Shown here in pieces: positions 28,171 through 38,531 of a DNA stretch of 64,000 bases (its first letter is position 1; each line of letters opens with the position of its first letter). This stretch comes from Marinicella sp. (lineage in GTDB: Bacteria; Pseudomonadota; Gammaproteobacteria; Xanthomonadales; Marinicellaceae). The stretch spans positions 2,080,001 to 2,144,000 of the forward strand of contig OZ246001.1 in NCBI GenBank assembly GCA_965230295.1. Reading direction: 5' to 3'. Below the pieces are notes generated by a model, which saw only the letters and a program-made list of their open reading frames with translations, searched no databases and was not told the origin of the DNA. Position numbers and translations under genes: made by a program.

Positions 28171-28530
28171 ATGAAACACTTCATTAAACCATGCATGTTG
28201 ATAGGCATCATCTCACTGAGTGCCTGTGCTGCAGAAAAAAATCAACAAGAGACAACAGCAGCCATTGAAGAAGTGGTGTGGCAAGCAGGAGCAGATGTCG
28301 AAAAATTTTGGCAGCAGTACGCTGATACAAAAGGTGGATTGACATGGGGTCAGTCGATCACATACCCAGCCTATGAACAAGTCAAAGAAGGCGATACGCT
28401 GATGATATTACTCGACCAAGGCCCCTGCCTGATGGAGTTTTTCCACAGCCGCTGGCGCCGAGCCAATGACGTGTGGCGTTGGGATGACTCGATCAATGAG
28501 TATGGTGGTTGTCCGTTTGTGTTTGATTAA
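28171..28530 (+). CDS. Hypothetical lipoprotein
   Basis: Lipobox LSAC. Confidence 0.7.
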   Translation: MKHFIKPCMLIGIISLSACAAEKNQQETTAAIEEVVWQAGADVEKFWQQYADTKGGLTWGQSITYPAYEQVKEGDTLMILLDQGPCLMEFFHSRWRRANDVWRWDDSINEYGGCPFVFD

Positions 28531-28643
28531 GGGTTGAAAATCCAGTAGGGTTAACCAACAAATAGCACTGCAGGTAAGTACTTGGCTGGCAAGTTAGGTA
28601 TATTTGGCACATAATAGAAGTTAATGGCATCAGCGAGATTCTT

Positions 28644-29276
28644 ATGAAGTTAGCAACGATAATCATTTTAGTCCTTATGATCGGTCAGCTTGCTGCCAGT
28701 CAAAAAGCCGTTACTGAACAAGGAAAAGTGGTCATTCTCAATGACAATGGCACTTGGCAATATGAAGATGAGGCCAGGCACGTAGAACCTGAACTGACCA
28801 TCAATCCCGGTACTTTTAACACCCATGCCGAAGCCGACTTTGTCCTACAAAGCGCAAAGACTGACCCAACATTTGCCATCAATCCCAATGAGTGGTTATT
28901 CAACAAGAGCGAGAACGGGGAAGATGCAGCAGAATATTATTTTCAGCGCAAGGGCGCGGATCTTTATGCCATGGCCATCACAGAGCAAATAGAAATTGAT
29001 GTGCAGGAGTTGGCCAAAATTGCATTTGAAAATGCCAAAGCAGCGGCACCCGATTCCAGGGTTGTGAAAAAAGAATATCGCACAGTCAATAACAAGCAAG
29101 TCATTTACATGGAAATGACTGGTACCATTCAAAGCATTCAATTTAAATACCATGGTTATTACTATTCGAATGCCTCTGGTTCAACGCAGTTGATTGCTTA
29201 TACTGGCGTTAATTTAGTGGACAAATATGCGGACGATATCAACCTGTTCCTGAATGGATTTTCAAGTGGTCAATGA
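28644..29276 (+). CDS. Exported hypothetical protein (DUF3157-like N-terminus)
   Basis: AVTEQGKVVILNDNGTWQY. Confidence 0.7.
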   Translation: MKLATIIILVLMIGQLAASQKAVTEQGKVVILNDNGTWQYEDEARHVEPELTINPGTFNTHAEADFVLQSAKTDPTFAINPNEWLFNKSENGEDAAEYYFQRKGADLYAMAITEQIEIDVQELAKIAFENAKAAAPDSRVVKKEYRTVNNKQVIYMEMTGTIQSIQFKYHGYYYSNASGSTQLIAYTGVNLVDKYADDINLFLNGFSSGQ

Positions 29277-29304
29277 CGCAGTTATTCAAAGTGACATTCA
29301 TCTT

Positions 29305-29326
29305 GGGTGGTCGACTTCAGTCGACC
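29305..29326. repeat. GTAG-type REP (CTTCAG-core family)
   Basis: GGGTGGTCGACTTCAGTCGACC; near-identical to the reverse complement of 48755-48776. Confidence 0.75.
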
Positions 29327-29756
29327 GGATAGTTTACTGGTTTGATTGACATCAACGCTTCATCATGTGTTGTACAAATAGTCTTATGGAACTGATCGCA
29401 GTATTATTGAATTAATGATTGATTGGTTATAAAACAAAATAACAGATGTCCGCAGATCAGAAACACAAATGACATACCTCAACTTGAACGATCTATCTAA
29501 AAACACGTCTTGAATCGACTGGTTATTTGTACATTCTTTATGACAACCACCGCGATCACGAGACTTAATGCCTTCGAGTATCCGAAACCTTAATCAGATT
29601 CATTTTCGTTAGAAGCCTTGATGTTGGATGGCCCTGAATTACATGAATCTTTGCAGGCACAAAAAATCAGGCTTTCTTTTCGGCCCAATGATTTCGCCAA
29701 CCACTTAAAGAATTAATTGAGGGACAAGCTTTAGATTGCCCCTTCACGTTTCGAGT

Positions 29757-30296
29757 TTAAAACACCCCATTGGCATTTCGGATCTTACCACCGCTGAGCA
29801 GTGAATTGAGCCGCATCATGGTGTCCAGCGCTTGTATTGAATCCCAGTGCTCGACGATTTTACCGTCTGCAATCCGCCAGGTATCGATGATATTCAAGCC
29901 CTTTTGGTCATTGCCCCTGTGGGCCTTGTGTAAGGTCGCATGAGAATGAAAAATGACATAATCACCATCGGCAAAGATGTGCTTCACGTCATAGGTGTAA
30001 TCAGGGTACTTAACTACCAATTGTTGTAAAAAGCCCACCAATCCGGTGACTTTGTTGGGTATGTTGCGGTTGTGTTGGACATATGAGCTGTCGTTGTAGT
30101 GTTGTAGAACGTAGTCGAAGTCATGGTTGTTCATGAGGTGTTGAACAAAGTCGGTGATCAACTCAACGTTTTTCGTTTCTTGTACAGACCAACTGGATTT
30201 GTGTAGTCCTTCCAAATCGATGGTGATGTTGTCGTCAGCTGAGTGAGCGACAGAGCTGGTTAAAACTGACAATAATGGGGTGATGATTTTCCACAT
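29757..30296 (-). CDS. SnoaL-like/NTF2 family protein
   Basis: YVQHN, ADGDYV..HSH, DTWR..DGKIVEHWD. Confidence 0.85.
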   Translation of the reverse strand: MWKIITPLLSVLTSSVAHSADDNITIDLEGLHKSSWSVQETKNVELITDFVQHLMNNHDFDYVLQHYNDSSYVQHNRNIPNKVTGLVGFLQQLVVKYPDYTYDVKHIFADGDYVIFHSHATLHKAHRGNDQKGLNIIDTWRIADGKIVEHWDSIQALDTMMRLNSLLSGGKIRNANGVF

Positions 30297-30397
30297 AATA
30301 GGCTCCGGTTAAATAAATGATTAATACGATGGTATAAATTTGGCACTATGGTATAAAATAGTAACTAGCATTACAAGAAGGCACTAATGTGTGACCT

Positions 30398-30415
30398 GGT
30401 TACCAGTCAGTAACC
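30398..30415. promoter_or_regulatory. Candidate HxlR operator
   Basis: GGTTAC-N6-GTAACC in the divergent intergenic region. Confidence 0.4.
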
Positions 30416-30448
30416 CTTGGTTCAATCAATCCATAGGAGTAACAACAA

Positions 30449-30829
30449 ATGGTCGTCAAAGTTCAAGCAGATAGGCGGGTGTTTTATAACAATGAAGAAT
30501 GCCCCATCCGTGATGTCGTGTTAAAAATATCAGATAAGTGGTCAATGCTCATATTATTTGCCTTGGCTGATGGCGCCGATCGATTCAATTCGCTCAAATC
30601 AAGAATCATTGGTATCTCTCAGCGGATGCTGACCCAAACCCTCAGGAATCTGGAACGCGAGGGTTATGTAAACAGAACAGTCTTTCCAGAGGTTCCTGTT
30701 CGGGTTGAGTATGAGTTGACTGACTTAGGCCAAGATCTGATCAAACCCATATACCAGCTGGTTTCATGGGCCGGTGAAAACCATGAAACGGTTAAGCTGG
30801 CCAGAGTGGCTTTTGCGGCAAGGGATTGA
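30449..30829 (+). CDS. HxlR-family regulator
   Basis: CPIR, DKWS, RFN.L, ISQRMLTQTLR.LER.G, P.RVEYELT. Confidence 0.92.
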   Translation: MVVKVQADRRVFYNNEECPIRDVVLKISDKWSMLILFALADGADRFNSLKSRIIGISQRMLTQTLRNLEREGYVNRTVFPEVPVRVEYELTDLGQDLIKPIYQLVSWAGENHETVKLARVAFAARD

Positions 30830-30888
30830 TCCAGTGATGGCTGAATGCATGGTGTTATAATGATTGAAGTTAACAAGTGGGCAAAACA

Positions 30889-31242
30889 ATGAATTATGTT
30901 GATGGTTTTGTGGTTGCAGTGCCCAATGAAAACAAAGCACTGTACCTTAAACATGCCACCTTGGCTGCTGAGGTATTTAAAGATCATGGCGCTTTACATG
31001 TGGTCGAAACCTGGGGTGAGGATGTGCCTGATGGTGAAGTGACTTCATTGCCAATGGCTGTTAAATGTAAAGCCGATGAAACCGTTGTTTTTTCCTGGGT
31101 TACCTGGCCTTCCAAAGCAGCACGAGACTCAGGTTGGCAAAAGATTATGGAAGACCCGCGAATGCAACCAGACGAAAATCCCATGCCATTTGATGGCAAG
31201 CGGTTGATTTATGGTGGCTTCCAGAAAATTTTGGAGGTCTGA
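30889..31242 (+). CDS. DUF1428 (YbaA-like) protein
   Basis: YVDGFVVAVP, E.WG.DVPDGEVTS, ETVVFSW, MPFDGKRLIYGGF. Confidence 0.92.
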   Translation: MNYVDGFVVAVPNENKALYLKHATLAAEVFKDHGALHVVETWGEDVPDGEVTSLPMAVKCKADETVVFSWVTWPSKAARDSGWQKIMEDPRMQPDENPMPFDGKRLIYGGFQKILEV

Positions 31243-31259
31243 ATGCAAGCACTGATGGT

Positions 31260-32138
31260 ATGAAAATTCTGATCACAGGAACAGCCGGCCGGGTGGGGCG
31301 GGCCATTTATTCCAAGTTGATGCGGGAGCATGAAGTGGTAGGCATGGATCGCACTCCCTGTTCAACGGCTGATTATTTGGGAGACATCCGTGATGAGGCA
31401 CTGTTACAACAAGCCTTAAATGGTGTCGATGCAGTTATTCACACCGCTGCCTTGCATGCGCCTCATGTGGGATTATTACCTGATGATGAATTTGATTCCA
31501 TCAATGTCAAGGCCACTGAAAAACTGGCCTTGTTGGGTTCAGAGCAAGGCATCAAGCACTTTATTTTCACCAGCACCACGGCATTGTATGGCCATGCCTC
31601 CACCCCTGAAGGGATTGCAGGTTGGGTGGATGAAAGCGTGGTTCCACAACCCAAAACCATTTACCACAGATCTAAAATCAAGGCAGAAAAACGCTTGGAA
31701 AAAATATCCCATGTGTTCAATCTGCCGGTGACAGTTTTGCAAATGTCCCGCTGTTTTCCTGAACCTGCCGATTTGATGGCGGTGTACCGTTTGTCACGTG
31801 GGGTGGACGCCCGTGATGTGGCTCTTGCACATGCCTGTGCTGTGGAACAAAGGCCGGCCGGATTCAATCGATACATCATTTCGGGACAGACGCCATTCAA
31901 ACGTGAGGATTGTCGACAGCTGTATGAAGATGCACCAGCACTGATTCAAACCCTTGAACCTGAATTAATAAAGACATTTAAACAGCGCGGCTGGAATTTG
32001 CCGAACAGTTTGGATCGGGTCTATGATTCAAGCAAAGTCCAAAAAGAACTGGGGTGGCAGCCACAACATGGTTTTCAAAGCGTGTTAGACATGCTGGATG
32101 ATGAAGTGGCTGAAGTACTACCAGTGATTAAACAATGA
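31260..32138 (+). CDS. NAD-dependent epimerase/dehydratase
   Basis: ITGTAGRVG, HTAALH, YHRSK. Confidence 0.9.
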   Translation: MKILITGTAGRVGRAIYSKLMREHEVVGMDRTPCSTADYLGDIRDEALLQQALNGVDAVIHTAALHAPHVGLLPDDEFDSINVKATEKLALLGSEQGIKHFIFTSTTALYGHASTPEGIAGWVDESVVPQPKTIYHRSKIKAEKRLEKISHVFNLPVTVLQMSRCFPEPADLMAVYRLSRGVDARDVALAHACAVEQRPAGFNRYIISGQTPFKREDCRQLYEDAPALIQTLEPELIKTFKQRGWNLPNSLDRVYDSSKVQKELGWQPQHGFQSVLDMLDDEVAEVLPVIKQ

Positions 32139-32590
32139 ATCTCTCCAACAAATACCTGATCACTGCTGCCATTGGAAGTGGGCTGGCTGCCTTGTTACAT
32201 TTAGGCTGTGTGGTGTTTGGTGGTGACTGGTACCGATTTCTAGGTGCTGGTGAAGCGATGGCACAAATGGCTGAAGCGGGTCATATTTATCCAAGCCTGG
32301 TTACTTCAGCAATGGCCTTGATGCTGTTAATTTGGGGTATGTATGCCCTGTCAGGTGCCGGTTTGATCATGCGTTTGCCGCTGTTGCGTTTGGGCCTGAT
32401 TGTGATTGCCGGGATCTATTTATTGCGAGGGTTGGCCTTTGTGTTTTTGATGCCGATGTTTCCGGACAATGGCCTGACTTTTTGGTTGGTCAGTTCAGGC
32501 ATCTGTTTATTTATGGGTTCCATGTATGTCATGGGATTACGGCAGGCATGGCCGCTGTTGAAACAAAGATCAGGAGTCATTAAAAAATGA
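32135..32590 (+). CDS. Hypothetical membrane protein
   Basis: Four TMs; GG.WYRF.GAGE, YALSGAG, IYLLRG. Confidence 0.8.
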   Translation: MNLSNKYLITAAIGSGLAALLHLGCVVFGGDWYRFLGAGEAMAQMAEAGHIYPSLVTSAMALMLLIWGMYALSGAGLIMRLPLLRLGLIVIAGIYLLRGLAFVFLMPMFPDNGLTFWLVSSGICLFMGSMYVMGLRQAWPLLKQRSGVIKK

Positions 32591-33150
32591 AATGTTCAGT
32601 GTTTATTGCCACCAGTGTGGACGGCTACATTGCTGCTGAGGATGGTGCGGTTGATTGGTTGTATACAGCAGGCAATCAACAAGCTGATTTGGGTGATGAT
32701 GTTGGGATGGGGTTTCAACAATACATGGCATCGGTCGATTGTATGATCATGGGTCGAGGTTGTATGGAAATCTTGGCTGGGATGCATTTGACGGCCGAAG
32801 CCTGGCCATATGGCAACTTGCGGGTGATAGTCCTGAGTCGCAGCATCACTGAACCACCTGCTTCATTACCGGGACCGGTTGAAATCTATTCTGGTGACAT
32901 TCCCGGTTTGATCAAAACTTTAGAGACCGATGGATTCAAACATGCTTATGTCGATGGCGGCGCCACCATCACCTCATTTTTATCGCTGGGTTTGATCAAC
33001 GAAATGACCATCACCAAAGCGCCGATCATTCTTGGCAACGGGATTCCTTTATTTGGTCAGTTGAACCAAGCCATCAATCTAGAAAAAACCACAGCCAAAG
33101 TATTTGCCAATGATTACATTCAAGAGACATACCGGGTATCAGGTCGCTGA
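32587..33150 (+). CDS. Dihydrofolate reductase-like (RibD C-terminal) protein
   Basis: IATSVDGYIA, IMGR, YVDGG, P.ILG.GIPLF. Confidence 0.9.
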   Translation: MKCSVFIATSVDGYIAAEDGAVDWLYTAGNQQADLGDDVGMGFQQYMASVDCMIMGRGCMEILAGMHLTAEAWPYGNLRVIVLSRSITEPPASLPGPVEIYSGDIPGLIKTLETDGFKHAYVDGGATITSFLSLGLINEMTITKAPIILGNGIPLFGQLNQAINLEKTTAKVFANDYIQETYRVSGR

Positions 33151-33312
33151 TCAACCCTTTATATCTTCAACAGTTTTCTCAGGCAGCTGTACCTTGAGGT
33201 AAAATTGTATCAATCCACACCAACAGTAAACGCATGAATTCTGATTTAAACCGAATTGCATTTTTGGCCGGTATGATCTTCTTGGTGGCCAAACCCTTGG
33301 TCAGTAGTCGCC

Positions 33313-33714
33313 GTGATCACAACTGAACAATCAGCATGGGTTGTGCAAGCCGTAATGGCGTGGCCATTTCTGATCCTCGGCCTTTCGCACATGCTACAAC
33401 CCAAGATGTGGGTTGATTTCTTTGTGTATTTACATGGTTTAGGCCTCACCGGCGTGTTGATTCGGACCTTTGCTTTGGAGCTTGTGCCCGCATTGGTGAT
33501 TGTGACTTTTCATTGGGTGTGGTCGGGCCCGGCCATGTTGATCAGCATATATGGTTGTTTGTTGGCCATTAAAATCACCTTGAGTCTGTTGGTGCCGAAT
33601 ATTGGACTGAAGTCTTTGGGGATGGCAGAACAACATAACCGCCGTGGGTTTGTGATTGCTGGTTTGGTTTTGGTGTTGTTCAGTGGCTTGTGTTTTTGGT
33701 TGGTGTGGTTTTGA
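33313..33714 (+). CDS. Hypothetical membrane protein
   Basis: Four hydrophobic segments; GLSHMLQP. Confidence 0.7.
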   Translation: MITTEQSAWVVQAVMAWPFLILGLSHMLQPKMWVDFFVYLHGLGLTGVLIRTFALELVPALVIVTFHWVWSGPAMLISIYGCLLAIKITLSLLVPNIGLKSLGMAEQHNRRGFVIAGLVLVLFSGLCFWLVWF

Positions 33715-33812
33715 TGAAACTGCGTGGCTAAAGACAACAAGATTCTATAGACTTTTCTATTTAAGACACAATTTGATGCCATTTCAATTCTTACAATCCT
33801 TTGTCACACATT

Positions 33813-33961
33813 AAGGAATGTTCTTGGGGCTTCATTCACTTTTGTTTCTGACAAAAGTGAAAGCGACCACGGCGAACATGACATGCTACCTCGCGCTTTT
33901 CGCCTCTGATTCGCAAGGCTCACCAACCGGCTCGGCGGGTCAAGCTGCTCAGCAGCTTTCC
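33813..33961. repeat. Compact copy of the modular hairpin element
   Basis: Blocks match the 5010-5462 copy at 24/25, 18/18, 39/41 and 36/37. Confidence 0.8.
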
Positions 33962-34103
33962 ATAGCAGCCAAATTGGTGCTGTTGTTTGTGACAGTTTGT
34001 CTGGTCATTGTTAGGCTGAGTTTGAGTGCGCACAGCCACATGTTTTATGTCTGTCCATGGGTGATGTAAAATCACTGCTGTTCCATTGACAAAACGAGCC
34101 ATC

Positions 34104-34577
34104 ATGAAAGCACTCCAATTACTGATTTTCTTGTCAGCCCTGTTCACGTGGGTTGACAGCACATTCGCCAAGGATCAACCGAGCCGTTCAACTGAATTTT
34201 TGAATTCTGCTGCACACCTACAGTCCGATTTACCTTTTTCCCAAGCCGTGCGGGTTGGTGATGTGTTGTTTTTATCGGGTCAAATTGGCTACGACTACGA
34301 GCAAAAACTTTTGGTAAAAGGTGGCATCAAAGCAGAAACCAAACAAACCATGAACAACATCAAAGACGTATTAGCCGCCAATGGATACAAGATGAGCCAA
34401 TTGGTTAAATGTACCGTGATGTTAGATGACATTGCTGAATGGCAGGCCTTCAACGAGGTCTATGTCACTTACTTTGAAAAACCATTTCCGGCCCGCAGTG
34501 CATTTGGGGCGGATGGTTTGGCCCTGGGGGCTAAAGTGGAAGTCGAGTGTATCGCCGCAATAGGTAATCGACAATAA
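34104..34577 (+). CDS. RidA/YjgF family protein with N-terminal signal peptide
   Basis: PFSQAV, LSGQIG, FNEVY..YF..PFPARS, VEVECIA. Confidence 0.9.
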   Translation: MKALQLLIFLSALFTWVDSTFAKDQPSRSTEFLNSAAHLQSDLPFSQAVRVGDVLFLSGQIGYDYEQKLLVKGGIKAETKQTMNNIKDVLAANGYKMSQLVKCTVMLDDIAEWQAFNEVYVTYFEKPFPARSAFGADGLALGAKVEVECIAAIGNRQ

Positions 34578-34593
34578 ATGATTAATTCTTAGC

Positions 34594-34881
34594 ATGTCGC
34601 TGGCTACATTTAACTACATTGAATCGGGATTGTGGTTTGTGTTTGCATTGATCATGCAGTTTCATGTATATCGGGTGGGCACGGAACATAAGCTGTTCAA
34701 AGTCACATGTATGGCATCACTGGCCTTTTTGTTGTTTGGCATCTCCGATGTGATCGAAGCCCAGACCGGTGCCTGGTGGCACCCCTTTGGGTTGTTGTTG
34801 CTCAAAGTGGGTTGTGTGCTGACCTTAGCGGGGTGTTATGTCTGGTACAGGTTAATCATAAAGGGTGAAGAACGTGACTGA
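34594..34881 (+). CDS. Small membrane protein
   Basis: FNYIE..LW, FGISD..E..TGAWW.P. Confidence 0.75.
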   Translation: MSLATFNYIESGLWFVFALIMQFHVYRVGTEHKLFKVTCMASLAFLLFGISDVIEAQTGAWWHPFGLLLLKVGCVLTLAGCYVWYRLIIKGEERD

Positions 34882-35284
34882 TGACCGTCACATTGTTATC
34901 TTCGACGGGGTGTGTAATTTTTGTAATGGGGCAGTTAATTTCATCATCAAGCGAGATCCCAAAGGCTTGTTTGTGTTTACCCCGATGCAAACTGAACTGG
35001 CCCGGCAATTGATGCAAAAACACCATATCTTCAATGTGGGGATCGATACGTTTTTATTGATCAGGAACGACCGCTGTTTTGTGTTTTCTACTGCTGCTTT
35101 GGAAATCGCCAGAGATTTGACTGGTGGTTGGTTCCTGTTCAATGGGTTCAGGATCATCCCTGCCTTTATGCGTGATTTTTTTTATAAATTGTTCGCTCGC
35201 AATCGCTATGCATTATTTGGACGAACAGAACACTGTATGGTGCCATCCGAAGAGCTGAAGTCCCGATTCATTGGTTTGGGATGA
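34865..35284 (+). CDS. DCC1-like thiol-disulfide oxidoreductase (DUF393)
   Basis: FDGVCNFC, RD..Y...ARNRY..FG...C. Confidence 0.9.
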   Translation: MKNVTDDRHIVIFDGVCNFCNGAVNFIIKRDPKGLFVFTPMQTELARQLMQKHHIFNVGIDTFLLIRNDRCFVFSTAALEIARDLTGGWFLFNGFRIIPAFMRDFFYKLFARNRYALFGRTEHCMVPSEELKSRFIGLG

Positions 35285-35309
35285 TGTTTAGTTTTGTCAT
35301 CTTGATTAA

Positions 35310-35463
35310 CGTGAACTGAAGTCCACGCTCCAAGTGTATCGTCATTCCGGCGCAGGCCGGAATCTAACACCTTTCTTAAGGTGTCAACATAAGAAACAAT
35401 TCGAATGGAGAACAAAACATATGGCCTACTAAGATTATGGATACCGGCCTGCGGCGGTATGAC
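35310..35463. repeat. REP cluster: GGAGCGTGGACTTCAG half plus dRS3-like CGTC inverted pair
   Basis: CGTCATTCCGGCGCAGGCCGGAATC ... GGATACCGGCCTGCGGCGGTATGAC. Confidence 0.8.
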
Positions 35464-35500
35464 AGAACTTCAATATCCATCGTCAAACCAATTGATTGAT

Positions 35501-37138
35501 TTACCTCCTGGCTTCGGCCTCCACTTCATCCAAAAAGGCGGGTTTGATACCAGTCATTTCCCAAGTACTTAGGGTAATGGGAATGGAGCCAATGGCATTG
35601 AGTTGATCAAAGAAGCCTTTGAGTGTGAACTCATGACCTTGTTCTTCGTCAATTTTGGCTTTTTGAGCCATGGCATGGTCGAGCAGGGCTTTGCCTGTGA
35701 CGTAACTGGTACCATATCCTGGTTGGCGCAAATACAAATGTTGCTCAAAGATCAACAGTTCTTTTTCAGTTTTCATCCAGCCTCTGGGGGTGTAGTTCAT
35801 GTGTATTTCCCCGGCTTTTTCCATGGTCATTTGATTGGCATGGGCATACAAAGAACCAAGGCCTCTGGCAGCTCTTTGGGCCAACATGATGTAAACAATC
35901 TCTCGGCCACGTGGGTTGTGGTCATACAAACCCGCATGCATGAAAATTTCTTCTACCGCGGTGGCTGTGCCTTCATTGCGACTGTCAAAGATGTTGTACA
36001 ACAGGGCGTTTTTTCTGATCAATCGAGGATTGGGATCGTGTTCCATGATGGCCAATTCAAACCAGTGGTAAAAATGCGAAAACAATGGTGTAGGGTCGAG
36101 GTGTGAGCCAATGTAAAAGAAATGACGGGTGGCTTCCGGGACAAAACTGCCTTTGTGTCGGTCCAGTGCCGGTTTGAAATAATCGGCCACTGTAACGATG
36201 TCTTTTTTATCTAGCCAGTTGATGAAATGGTCTGCTGAGCGGTTGGCCAAAGCTTCGTATTCTTCTTGGTTTTTGGCCGAAACCAATTCAGGTAAGTCTC
36301 GATTGCGGTGTTCTTCCAGTTTGAGTGAGGTCCAGGCCCGATCCAATTCACGTCTTAACAGGCGTTCTTCATCGGCCCAATCCATCGGTACCAGATGGAC
36401 ATGTTGCTGATACCAGCTGTAGTTTTCGATGCCCAGACCTGAAGCGCCTGTTTTGTTGTCACTTTGTTGTTCCAGCCACTGAGCAAATGCGGCTGTGGAT
36501 TCGGTGGCTTGATGCAGTGTCTTGATCAATGTGACATTTTCTGTGGCCTCAATAGAAGCTTGCAGATCGGTCAGGACTTGGTGTTGGCGTTTGATGTCGC
36601 GGATGCCCGCTATCCACAGTTCTTTGGCATTGCCGATGAGGTTTTCTCTGGCTTGTTGTTGTAAAGGTTTGATGCGTGCCAAATCGCTGTTCAACCTGAT
36701 TTGTTCGGCGTCACTTAATGGAAAATCGTAGGTCCACAGTTCGGTGACAAAATGTGGTGTGGGGCCTTCATGTGCGGGTACATCGCTTTTATAGGTCCAT
36801 ACTTGTTTGTAAAAGGCCGGGTCTCGTTGCCAGGGTTTCAGAATCCGTTGGTTAAAATCATACCCGTTGATCTCAGCCAACATCACAAACCAATCAATCT
36901 GTTCTGGCACGGACCATGCGGAACGATCAAATGCCATCAGTTGGGCCTTGAATTTGCTCCATTGAGGACGGCGTTCTACAAATGTGGCTTGGCGATAATC
37001 AGGTGCCATGTTATGCAATGGTGGCACCTCAAAGGCACGCCATTCGATGAAGAGTTGTTCCAGTTGTTTGAAGTCAGAGGATGGGTGGGCACTGGCTGTG
37101 AATAACAACAATGTCAGTGTGAGCAATCGAATGTTCAT
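35501..37138 (-). CDS. Secreted DUF885-like protein
   Basis: Signal peptide; EGTATAVEE and YLRQPGYGTSY..GK resemble the DUF885 C-terminus. Confidence 0.65.
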   Translation of the reverse strand: MNIRLLTLTLLLFTASAHPSSDFKQLEQLFIEWRAFEVPPLHNMAPDYRQATFVERRPQWSKFKAQLMAFDRSAWSVPEQIDWFVMLAEINGYDFNQRILKPWQRDPAFYKQVWTYKSDVPAHEGPTPHFVTELWTYDFPLSDAEQIRLNSDLARIKPLQQQARENLIGNAKELWIAGIRDIKRQHQVLTDLQASIEATENVTLIKTLHQATESTAAFAQWLEQQSDNKTGASGLGIENYSWYQQHVHLVPMDWADEERLLRRELDRAWTSLKLEEHRNRDLPELVSAKNQEEYEALANRSADHFINWLDKKDIVTVADYFKPALDRHKGSFVPEATRHFFYIGSHLDPTPLFSHFYHWFELAIMEHDPNPRLIRKNALLYNIFDSRNEGTATAVEEIFMHAGLYDHNPRGREIVYIMLAQRAARGLGSLYAHANQMTMEKAGEIHMNYTPRGWMKTEKELLIFEQHLYLRQPGYGTSYVTGKALLDHAMAQKAKIDEEQGHEFTLKGFFDQLNAIGSIPITLSTWEMTGIKPAFLDEVEAEARR

Positions 37139-37320
37139 GTTTGATCCATAAATTCAATCAGCATAATATAGCAGAATCTGATTGATAAATTCTCACATAA
37201 GAATGATCTGGCCAACTGTTGGTAGAAGAGGGTGACTGCTGTGAATTTACGATTAGTTGCGACCATTTGCTTGTGACTGTCGTCTTATATAGTACGAATC
37301 GGACTAAATAGGAAAAACCA

Positions 37321-38520
37321 ATGAAACATTCAAAATACACATACCGCTACATATTGTTCATTTCAATTTTTACCATTCACCTTATGCCAGGCGCCATTAA
37401 TCAGGTCAAATCGAAGCCCAGACAAGTGGAAGAACAGCCAGCTGCCCTGGGGGACTTTGATTTCCCGGGAAACCGTTTGGTGTTGAAAACCACTCATTCT
37501 GGCCCTCATCCGAAGGTGGTTGTTGATTTAGGTGATGGAGAAACTTACCATTTCATTGTTGACACGGGTGCTTCAGTCAATGTGATGGATACGACCATTG
37601 CTGAAAAACTGGGTTACAACGTGATTGGCAGTACTGAAATCGGGGCACCTGGTGGGCCACAAGTTGCTATGGATATCGTTAAAGTTCCGCTTGCCAAGAT
37701 TGATGCTGGCGAAATTACAGATGCAGAATTCTTATTGATGGACATCCAGAAATTCAGTATGGGAACCATGCATGGTGTCATTGGCATGGGTTTATTCAGA
37801 GAGTATTTACTCACATTTGATATGGGTGAGGGCTTGATAACCATTTCCAGAGAATCCTTATCAATTGATGATCCAACTGTGATCACTTATCAACCATCCA
37901 ATGGCCACATCATGATTGAAATGGATGTGGCAGGGACCCCTGTAGATGCCCATATTGATACCGGTGCCATGGGTGGGTTCATGTTGCCAGGAGAGTCACT
38001 TCAGTCTTTTCCAATAATGGGTGAACCACAAGCAGGTCGCAAAGCCCGCTTGGTGGGTGGGGAACGAGACATCACCAGGGCTCAAATTAATGGATCCATT
38101 CGATTTGGTGGCTTTGAATTTAAAAATGAAACGGTCTCTTTCATGACACCGTCCACTGGATATGGCAACATTGGAGGTGATGTGTTCAGTCAAATGGTGA
38201 TGCCAATTGACCAAAAGAATCATTTAATTGGCTTTCGCAAACCGACGAAGAAAACAGGGACACTCACAGGTAAACCACGACGGTTGGGTGTTGAATTTCG
38301 AGGTATGGGAGGAGGCGGTGATTTGGCCATTGGCATGATTGAAAAAGGTTCATTGGGTGAGTCCGCAGGTTTTCAATCAGGTGATAAGATGGTCTCAGTG
38401 AATGGGCGCAGCATCAAAGATGTGGCCATTCAAGAATTAGGCGCCTTGATTCAAGGTAAAGAGTTGTTGGAATTTGTGGTGGAACGTAAGGGTCAATTGA
38501 CTCACATCACAGTGAAGTAA
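37321..38520 (+). CDS. Double retropepsin-like aspartic protease with C-terminal PDZ
   Basis: FIVDTGAS, GVIG, HIDTGA, GNIG; PDZ RRLGV...AGFQSGD.MVSVNG. Confidence 0.88.
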   Translation: MKHSKYTYRYILFISIFTIHLMPGAINQVKSKPRQVEEQPAALGDFDFPGNRLVLKTTHSGPHPKVVVDLGDGETYHFIVDTGASVNVMDTTIAEKLGYNVIGSTEIGAPGGPQVAMDIVKVPLAKIDAGEITDAEFLLMDIQKFSMGTMHGVIGMGLFREYLLTFDMGEGLITISRESLSIDDPTVITYQPSNGHIMIEMDVAGTPVDAHIDTGAMGGFMLPGESLQSFPIMGEPQAGRKARLVGGERDITRAQINGSIRFGGFEFKNETVSFMTPSTGYGNIGGDVFSQMVMPIDQKNHLIGFRKPTKKTGTLTGKPRRLGVEFRGMGGGGDLAIGMIEKGSLGESAGFQSGDKMVSVNGRSIKDVAIQELGALIQGKELLEFVVERKGQLTHITVK

Positions 38521-38531
38521 GGAGGAGTTTT

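Noticed and set aside
28550-28600. AACCAAC...GTTAGGT attC-like spacing; also ATAACGCCTATTAAG near 3470
   Set aside because: No convincing inner L''/L' pairing.
29400-29720. Coding-like remnant (MLDGPELHESLQAQKIRLSFRPNDFANHLKN)
   Set aside because: Short, and no recognisable family.
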